DNA of 53,818 bases from a virus (lineage: Duplodnaviria; Caudoviricetes). The position numbers and the translations under genes are program-made. Below, piece after piece: positions 45,342 to 51,346 of the stretch (its first letter is position 1; every line of letters begins with the position of its first letter). The stretch is taken from the IMG/VR virus record IMGVR_UViG_3300034072_000606, positions 1 through 53,818 of that record. One strand, given 5' to 3'. Below the pieces are notes generated by a model that was given only the letters and a program-made list of their open reading frames with translations, ran no database searches and was not told where the DNA came from.

Positions 45342-45605
45342 CGTCTTAACTTTCTTAACTTAGCACTTCGTGTCACTTCGAAGTTAAGACGCAAAATTGC
45401 CAGCAGGGCTGTCACTATCTTAACTTTCTTATGTTTCTTAACTTTAAAATAGGGGTATATGAAAACTAGTATACACGGGGGAATATAAATCTACCTAAGA
45501 AAGTTAAGAAGTTAAGATATCCCCAGCCCCTCTGGGCATCTCATCGCTTAACTTAAATTCACCGTCTTATGTTAAGTTAAGCGATTCACACTTTTTAAGT
45601 TAAGA
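45342..45605. repeat. AT-rich iteron/palindrome element B
   Basis: Homologous and colinear to 20525-20781, same orientation. Confidence 0.85.
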
Positions 45606-45613
45606 AGATCCAA

Positions 45614-45649
45614 CAAGAAAATCGGGGACCTTTTTCGAAGACCCCCGAT
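45614..45649 (-). terminator. Intrinsic terminator ending the early small-gene operon
   Basis: ATCGGGG...CCCCGAT stem followed by TTTCTT. Confidence 0.55.
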
Positions 45650-45699
45650 CCACACCCCGAAAATCACGTGAAATCGCTTAGCGAGCGACACGTCAAGAT

Positions 45700-45915
45700 T
45701 CATTTTCTTAACTTCGCGAGCAGTTCCCTAAGATCAATTTTGAGGGCTTCGATAACGCCCTCCTGCGCAATTTGAAATCTCCAACAAGCTGAAGCCATGG
45801 TGTTGAAAACCAATTTATAGGTCTCTTTTTCGTCAGCCCCCTCCGCTATCGCTTGTTTTGCGTCGTCGCGATAAGAGGGGTGAACCTTTTCCCAATCTTC
45901 GTGATTCAGAGTCAT
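45700..45915 (-). CDS. Hypothetical early protein
   Basis: ATGA overlap; GGAGG RBS. Confidence 0.6.
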   Translation of the reverse strand: MTLNHEDWEKVHPSYRDDAKQAIAEGADEKETYKLVFNTMASACWRFQIAQEGVIEALKIDLRELLAKLRK

Positions 45916-46370
45916 TTCTCCTCCACCTCCCGATAGCGCACCCCGCAGCTGTAGTAATCGTGCGGGGCGTTCGGGAACCTACGCCGATCCGGCACGTGAG
46001 GATCGGGCGCGGTAACGGCTTCCAAATCAGCTAGGGCTTGCTCCCGGGTCGGCCAAGCTTTCTCATAGAATAGCGGATAGTCAGCCCCAGGTTGTCGCCG
46101 GTCGTATTGATCGACCTGATACACCTCAGCCACCCACTCACACCGATACGTCTTATGAACGAATTGTGGACCAGTTGGTCCCGCCGCCAGCAATTCGTCA
46201 ATAGTCGGCTCGTCCTTTATAAGCCCAATAGGCTCGCGAATCAGGACAACCGGTCCATGTTTCTTGTCGAACCGGAAAAAGTCCCGTTCATACTCCGGCC
46301 CCAGCGCCTGAATCCGTTTCCAGATATCCGCGTGCGCGGTCGGCGATACTCTCAGCAAGACGACGCTCAT
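45912..46370 (-). CDS. Hypothetical early protein
   Basis: ATGA overlaps at both ends. Confidence 0.65.
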   Translation of the reverse strand: MSVVLLRVSPTAHADIWKRIQALGPEYERDFFRFDKKHGPVVLIREPIGLIKDEPTIDELLAAGPTGPQFVHKTYRCEWVAEVYQVDQYDRRQPGADYPLFYEKAWPTREQALADLEAVTAPDPHVPDRRRFPNAPHDYYSCGVRYREVEEK

Positions 46371-46459
46371 GGGAACCTCGTCAGCACATAGAACAGCATG
46401 GCCCCGACGCCTACGCCGACCGTTCCCGCGATAGTGAGAACTAAGCCCAGATCACTCAT
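46367..46459 (-). CDS. 30-aa single-TM peptide
   Basis: MSDLGLVLTIAGTVGVGVGAMLFYVLTRFP; ATGA overlaps. Confidence 0.55.
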   Translation of the reverse strand: MSDLGLVLTIAGTVGVGVGAMLFYVLTRFP

Positions 46460-46662
46460 AGCCCCGACCCTCCGCAGCGTCTCGGGCACTTGATCCGCCC
46501 CCGGTGAAACGACGCTTCCAGGATCGCGAGAAGCCACACGATGATCCAGATGCCGCAAGTCAGCAGCGACATAATGGCGTGAAGCACGTGGTTGGGACGG
46601 CGAACCTTCACCGATACGATCTGCCCGCACTTGGAGCACGTCCTGAGTTCATGGTGTATCAT
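46456..46662 (-). CDS. LITAF-like zinc-ribbon membrane protein
   Basis: CSKC...NH.LH....LLTCG.W..VW...CPRRC. Confidence 0.7.
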   Translation of the reverse strand: MIHHELRTCSKCGQIVSVKVRRPNHVLHAIMSLLTCGIWIIVWLLAILEASFHRGRIKCPRRCGGSGL

Positions 46663-46949
46663 AGCGAAACTCCTATTGTAGAAAGACCAACTTCGCGGCG
46701 ACGTTGCTTCAAATCCCAAACCTTCTTTTCAAGGTCTCTGATCTCGTCATCATAATGCTTCACAGCCTCCTTGAAGGATTTCAAGGTTTCATCCGGGTCG
46801 TCGGTTTCAACCAGAAATTTATCCCGACCCTTCACGCAATAAGTCTTGCGCCGCCCATACAAATATTGGTAGGTTTTTTCTGTTTCCTGAACCAGCTCGC
46901 CAATATGGCTAAGCGATCCATACGAGAATTGAAACACATGCTTAGTCAT
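46659..46949 (-). CDS. Hypothetical early protein
   Basis: GGAG RBS, ATG 46949, coiled-coil C-terminus. Confidence 0.62.
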   Translation of the reverse strand: MTKHVFQFSYGSLSHIGELVQETEKTYQYLYGRRKTYCVKGRDKFLVETDDPDETLKSFKEAVKHYDDEIRDLEKKVWDLKQRRREVGLSTIGVSL

Positions 46950-47301
46950 CACAAATCTCCAATTTGTCGATAGCGTCCCGGAGCCCGTCGCCCCAAGTCG
47001 AGGTTTTTGCATTCGATCCGACGACCGACCAATTCTTGGTCGCGTCATCCTGGGATATCTGAACTGAGCCGGAGGTCCCATTCTCCACATACCCGCAAGC
47101 CGCCCTCAGCTTTTCGATCCGCTGCGTGTCCGGGTTCAGGTTCGTGAAAACCTGGTGAACGGCTTGAATAAATTGCTTAGCTATTTCCGGGCTCATCTTG
47201 TTTTCTGTCACCAAGTTGAGTTCCATGAGCTTCTTAGCCTGCTCAACGTCGCCGACTTCGAATTCAACGCCGGCAACCCTCATTCTGACTTTGTCCATCA
47301 C
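46942..47301 (-). CDS. Hypothetical early protein
   Basis: Tightly packed ORF; ACGYVENG..V.I.QDDAT..W motif. Confidence 0.65.
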   Translation of the reverse strand: MMDKVRMRVAGVEFEVGDVEQAKKLMELNLVTENKMSPEIAKQFIQAVHQVFTNLNPDTQRIEKLRAACGYVENGTSGSVQISQDDATKNWSVVGSNAKTSTWGDGLRDAIDKLEICDD

Positions 47302-47408
47302 AGTCTCTCCACTTTATAGCCGGTCCATTTCGGCATGGGGTCGCACCCCGGGTCCAAGGTCGAAGTACAGCACCCTGAGAGCGCGAGCAATACAAACAAC
47401 CACTTCAT
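47298..47408 (-). CDS. 36-aa lipoprotein (not in ORF track)
   Basis: MKWLFVLLALSG-CCTSTLDPGCDPMPKWTGYKVERL; lipobox LSGC; ATGA and GTGA overlaps. Confidence 0.7.
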   Translation of the reverse strand: MKWLFVLLALSGCCTSTLDPGCDPMPKWTGYKVERL

Positions 47409-47614
47409 TTGCCGTCCTCCATGACGTACATTTTGGCGCTTACGTCATATCGAATGAAAGGCGGATTGCTTGACATAAATTCCGCTATATCGCTCGAAGC
47501 CACTTGGTGGGTGACGTCGAATTCACGGACGATGTCAGCTCGCCTTATTTGGCCGAATTGTTTGAACGTTGCGGCAATAAATTCCTGACGCCGTTTCTTG
47601 AACCAATCGCTCAT
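47405..47614 (-). CDS. Stand-alone winged HTH resembling the N-terminal domain of CapW/BrxR-type WYL regulators
   Basis: RQEFI......GQIRRADI...F.V....AS.DI......P..I.YD..AK.Y. Confidence 0.65.
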   Translation of the reverse strand: MSDWFKKRRQEFIAATFKQFGQIRRADIVREFDVTHQVASSDIAEFMSSNPPFIRYDVSAKMYVMEDGK

Positions 47615-47907
47615 TTCACTCTCCATTTGCGCCGTTCAAGCGCCGCTTCTTTGCGACGCTGCTTACGGTTCTTCCCCGGCTCCAGGACGACTTTCAGTCC
47701 AGAGCCGTCATAGGGATCACCATACAGGTACGATTCATCCATGTACAGCTCCTGGTGCTTGTTCACCTCGTCAGGGTCCATAGCAGTGGTCAGCACCTCT
47801 ATCATCTGGCGTTCCTCAGCCTGACGAAGCGCAGCCACAAGAGCCTTCGAAACACCCGAGAAACCGACGCCGACGAGCGCCACCTTAGGCGCGTTCCGCT
47901 CCGTCAT
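47611..47907 (-). CDS. Hypothetical early protein
   Basis: Start moved to ATG 47907 (GAGGA RBS); NRKQRR basic tail. Confidence 0.58.
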   Translation of the reverse strand: MTERNAPKVALVGVGFSGVSKALVAALRQAEERQMIEVLTTAMDPDEVNKHQELYMDESYLYGDPYDGSGLKVVLEPGKNRKQRRKEAALERRKWRVK

Positions 47908-48035
47908 TGGATCGTCCTCACGCACGTCGCATAGCTCGCGCTCTGCTGGCAGATTTCCATCGCCCTCGCGTGCGACGACGCCACTATCCAGATGATCAGC
48001 GACACTGCCGCCCCGATCATTACCCACTGAATCAT
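47904..48035 (-). CDS. 43-aa membrane/secreted peptide with a Cys pair (not in ORF track)
   Basis: MIQWVMIGAAVSLIIWIVASSHARAMEICQQSASYATCVRTIQ; ATGA overlap downstream. Confidence 0.55.
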   Translation of the reverse strand: MIQWVMIGAAVSLIIWIVASSHARAMEICQQSASYATCVRTIQ

Positions 48036-48115
48036 CTTGTTCAAGTCCGTACATCCTTATCCAAGCCTCGCGTTGCCAGCGAGAAACCTCAATTAAAGCC
48101 AGCTCGTGCGCCTCA

Positions 48116-48346
48116 TCAGGAGACACGGACGGTCTCCACGACTTTGAGACGATCCGGGTTGTCCATAGCCTGAAGCACGCGCTGAAATTCATTGCCGCCG
48201 CTGTACAGACCCTTGTACATATCTTGTTTGGTCCAGGTCGCGACTTCCCCGGCTCCGTTCAGAAGGGGCATATTGCGCCCCTCCCGCACCACCGAGAAAA
48301 ACCGCGACCCGTCCGGGACCGTACCCACAAGAACCTTGTCTTTCAT
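48116..48346 (-). CDS. Hypothetical early protein
   Basis: ATGA overlap; GGGAG RBS. Confidence 0.6.
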   Translation of the reverse strand: MKDKVLVGTVPDGSRFFSVVREGRNMPLLNGAGEVATWTKQDMYKGLYSGGNEFQRVLQAMDNPDRLKVVETVRVS

Positions 48347-48597
48347 ATCGCGCTCCCCGGGAAAGACTGTTTCCAGTCTCTTTCCATTATGTTGAGAAGT
48401 TTGGTAGCAGCGGCCAATTTACCACCTACGGACACCGAACACCGCAACCCATCATACCCTACTCCAAAATCACCGGCTGGATACACTACGATAAGGCGCT
48501 GGCCTTCATCCAAAAATCGTCCGCACATAGGATGAGATTGAATCTCAACAACCTTTTCACTCCAACGGAGAACGTTTTCTTGAACGTCCTTCATCAC
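48343..48597 (-). CDS. Hypothetical early protein
   Basis: Overlaps both neighbours. Confidence 0.6.
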   Translation of the reverse strand: MMKDVQENVLRWSEKVVEIQSHPMCGRFLDEGQRLIVVYPAGDFGVGYDGLRCSVSVGGKLAAATKLLNIMERDWKQSFPGSAI

Positions 48598-48806
48598 ATA
48601 AACCCCTCTGCTTCAAGATCGCCGATCATACCGCGAATATTGCCGGTGGAAACTATGACGTACCATTCGTCATATTCAAACAAGAGCGACAATTCGTCCC
48701 CGCGAGTTTCCAGGATGATTTGCGTTTGCTTCATCTTGTCTCTCAGACGAACGGCCTGATCGTAATTGTCGCAGCGAAAGGGAATAGTGGAAAGCTTGAT
48801 TTTCAT
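48594..48806 (-). CDS. Hypothetical early protein (first gene after the promoter)
   Basis: AGAAATGGAG RBS, ATG 48806. Confidence 0.62.
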   Translation of the reverse strand: MKIKLSTIPFRCDNYDQAVRLRDKMKQTQIILETRGDELSLLFEYDEWYVIVSTGNIRGMIGDLEAEGFM

Positions 48807-48849
48807 TTCTGTTGCTCCATTTCTAAGCCGCCTCAGCGGGGATAACGCC

Positions 48850-48878
48850 AACTTAGACCTTATCCCCGCTGAAGTCAA
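48850..48878 (-). promoter_or_regulatory. Early-type promoter TTGACT-N17-TAAGTT with -10 enclosed by a 13-bp inverted repeat
   Basis: TCAGCGGGGATAA (48833-48845) and TTATCCCCGCTGA (48860-48872). Confidence 0.7.
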
Positions 48879-48896
48879 TACCAGTCGAGCAACTTT

Positions 48897-49727
48897 TTAT
48901 GCGGGTCGATCCGGTTGAGGACCCTTGCCTGCTTTCCAGCTGGAGAAAGCCGCGTGTAAGCTTGCCTTCTCCTCACTGCTAGCCGCTTCCCGGCGCAAGG
49001 CGCGGTCAGCCTCTTCGCCCCGGCGATACACGGAGCCGTCATCCGACATCATGTACCACCAATCGTGTCGCTCCAGCTTCTCATAGAACAACAGCAATTC
49101 CGACTTCGCTAAAGGTTCCGTCTCGGTTATTGTTCCCGAGCTGGCAGCAATGGTCTCCTGCCGTTCCTCCTCCCCGGCGGGAGACCCCTTCAGCTCACGA
49201 TAGCAACGCGCCACGAACAAAGCCTGAGCCTTACAATCCGAAAGCGCGTTGTGCGCCAGCTCCGGTTCCACCCGACCGACTGAAGGCGCGAGCCACTTCA
49301 TCGTCCGCACGTCAAGAACGTTGTTGTACTGCCAAGGAATGTCCAGCCGGCACCGGCGATAGGCGTTTTCCAGTATCGGGGGATCGAACGCAGCACCGTT
49401 CGCCCAAATCTTCGCCCAGCGCCCGCCGTTCGCGTTGACGAAGCCACTCAGCTCTTTCAGAGCAGCGCTCAGCAGGAGCCCTTCCCCCGGCGCGGCGAGC
49501 GTCTGGAAGGCGTCTGGCTGGCTAAGCCACCAGTGAAGCGTTGACCAGTCGATACGCAGGCCCGCGTCCATCACGGCTTGGGGATCGACGTTCAGGCAGA
49601 TACCGTCCCCAATCAACACGCCCGCGTCGTCTGCGGTTGGGTCGAAGACTTGGGCCCCGATCTGAATGATACCCGCGTCAGGGGCGGTCGAAAGCGTCTC
49701 CAGGTCCACCATAATATGCTGAGCCAT
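48897..49727 (-). CDS. DEDDh 3'-5' exonuclease (Exo VIII-N/DUF5051-like) with an extra C-terminal domain
   Basis: MVDLETL, IIQIGA, WANG..FD..IL, DVRT, HNAL.D...QA. Confidence 0.85.
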   Translation of the reverse strand: MAQHIMVDLETLSTAPDAGIIQIGAQVFDPTADDAGVLIGDGICLNVDPQAVMDAGLRIDWSTLHWWLSQPDAFQTLAAPGEGLLLSAALKELSGFVNANGGRWAKIWANGAAFDPPILENAYRRCRLDIPWQYNNVLDVRTMKWLAPSVGRVEPELAHNALSDCKAQALFVARCYRELKGSPAGEEERQETIAASSGTITETEPLAKSELLLFYEKLERHDWWYMMSDDGSVYRRGEEADRALRREAASSEEKASLHAAFSSWKAGKGPQPDRPA

Positions 49728-50290
49728 CACTCGCCCTCCAAGCATTCGATAAGTGAAGAGACACTCTCGCCGCGAGCCCAGAGCATCATAGCGAGATTGG
49801 CAACGTCAAGCGGGTCGCCCTTCTCCACGTGCTCCCGGAGGAGCGTTGAGAGCCATACTTGAGAGCAGTTTTCCTTATCGTCCCAGCCGCTCCGGCCTTC
49901 GGCTCGCTTCTTAGCAAGCTTAGCCTTCATAGCCACCGCGCACTGGTCCACGGCGATATCGTCTGGGTCGGCCCGCGTTGCCGATGACCAAGCGGGACCT
50001 TCAACCAGAGCTTCCATAAGCTCGCAGCCCTGCTTGTGACCCCAAGCGCTCGCGACGAACTCGTTGGGCTTCCCTTTCAAGCCCCGACATATAGGGCAAG
50101 AGGAATACCAAGAGCCGTTGTTGGCACCCATCGACGTGCCCTGACCTTGAGTGCGTCCAGACCACTCCAGCTTCCGCAAAAGCTCCTTGACATTTGAATC
50201 AGGAGAAGGGGCTGGTTTCGCCGGGGCGGGGTTCTTAGCCTCCCGACGCCGGTCAGCTTCAATCTCGTGTCTTCCGTAATGGTCGCCCAT
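49727..50290 (-). CDS. Phage protein with CxxC and a C-terminal KLAKKR..G..GW...GDP.DVAN helical domain
   Basis: Motif recognition; function unknown, possibly NTP-pyrophosphatase-like. Confidence 0.6.
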   Translation of the reverse strand: MGDHYGRHEIEADRRREAKNPAPAKPAPSPDSNVKELLRKLEWSGRTQGQGTSMGANNGSWYSSCPICRGLKGKPNEFVASAWGHKQGCELMEALVEGPAWSSATRADPDDIAVDQCAVAMKAKLAKKRAEGRSGWDDKENCSQVWLSTLLREHVEKGDPLDVANLAMMLWARGESVSSLIECLEGE

Positions 50291-50291
50291 A

Positions 50292-51077
50292 TCACCGTTC
50301 CTCCTCATTCATGCCCAGAACCCCGCTGAGGTCTGGCTTGACGTAGTTCGGTCCCTTGACGACCCGGCCCGCGTCGCAGAGGATCGGCTTGCCGTCCGGT
50401 CCCAGCTTCGACATATTGGAGGCGTGAACCTCCGCATAGGCCGCGAGCTTGTAGTGGCCGAGACCCAGCGTCAGGTAGGTCCCATCGCAGACGTAGGACA
50501 TATCAGTCAGCGCGTCCAAGCACTCCACGATATCCCGGTTGAGAATGCCCTCAGCGAGCTCAGCAAGCTCTTCCTGGCAAAGCTGAAGGCGAATGAGGGC
50601 GAGCGAGCCTCCCTCATCGTTATACTCAAGGCACTCAGCCGCGTAAGCCTTGAGGTCCTCGCCTAGCTTCGCCGCCGCGCTCATATAGTCGCGAAGGTGG
50701 ACAGCGGCCACAGGGCCGTATTCCGGCACTTCAGGGGTCGGATTGATATGCGCCCCGAATGCCCCGGCGAACTCAGCGACGTGATCCAGACCCGGATCGA
50801 AGTAATGACCGTTGGAGGGCCGAACCTCCACCCGCGTTCCCGCCGAGACGATGCGCAGGGACGGGTCCAGGGTCAACGCGGCATTCAGCGCTGTAGCCAG
50901 ACGCAGGATGCGCCCTTGGGCCGTCTCCTTGCCCCGTACTTCATGGACCTCGTCGTGGAGTTTGAGAAGCATTTCGATGTCAGCCGCGTCCTGACGGCTT
51001 CCCACGGCTCGCTCTGCTTCGATATTTGCCTCAACCCGTTTCCGGGCTTCAGGGGTTAGTTTGATTGATGGTGTCAT
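50292..51077 (-). CDS. MazG / PRA-PH-like dNTP pyrophosphohydrolase
   Basis: VAEF..AF, QEELAEL, DALTD.SYV..G, EVH.SNMSK...G.P.....G.V.KG..Y..PDL. Confidence 0.85.
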   Translation of the reverse strand: MTPSIKLTPEARKRVEANIEAERAVGSRQDAADIEMLLKLHDEVHEVRGKETAQGRILRLATALNAALTLDPSLRIVSAGTRVEVRPSNGHYFDPGLDHVAEFAGAFGAHINPTPEVPEYGPVAAVHLRDYMSAAAKLGEDLKAYAAECLEYNDEGGSLALIRLQLCQEELAELAEGILNRDIVECLDALTDMSYVCDGTYLTLGLGHYKLAAYAEVHASNMSKLGPDGKPILCDAGRVVKGPNYVKPDLSGVLGMNEEER

Positions 51078-51100
51078 TCTAGTTCTCCTTTTCCGGGGAC

Positions 51101-51129
51101 AGCTTATCCCCGGTTACTCTTAGAGGCAA
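51101..51129 (-). promoter_or_regulatory. Promoter TTGCCT-N17-TAAGCT with a CGGGGATAA box at -10
   Basis: 17-nt spacer; AAAAGGAG RBS downstream. Confidence 0.55.
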
Positions 51130-51346
51130 TCAGCCCCAGTTGACGCAGCAAGCGTCTTATCCCCGCTCGCGTGTTTTCTATCGACCTATTCGTTGCGCCG
51201 GTCGTGATGCCGCAACAATACAGATGATCCTTGCCGCCGTGACTGACCCACACTTTCGCGTGCTTCTTCACTTCGATCCGGTACTGAGCCCCGGCGGCGA
51301 TAAGCTCTTTCTCAATGACCGCGATACAATCAAAACGGCGTGTCAC
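51104..51346 (-). CDS. Small HicA-like protein
   Basis: Helix, ..KKH.KV.., TT...R...N.RA.IRR.L pattern; GTG start with AGGAG RBS. Confidence 0.5.
   Translation of the reverse strand: MTRRFDCIAVIEKELIAAGAQYRIEVKKHAKVWVSHGGKDHLYCCGITTGATNRSIENTRAGIRRLLRQLGLIASKSNRG

Noticed and set aside
47611-48192. 193-aa ORF as given in the track
   Set aside because: Better explained as a 98-aa gene from 47907 plus a 43-aa membrane peptide in another frame.
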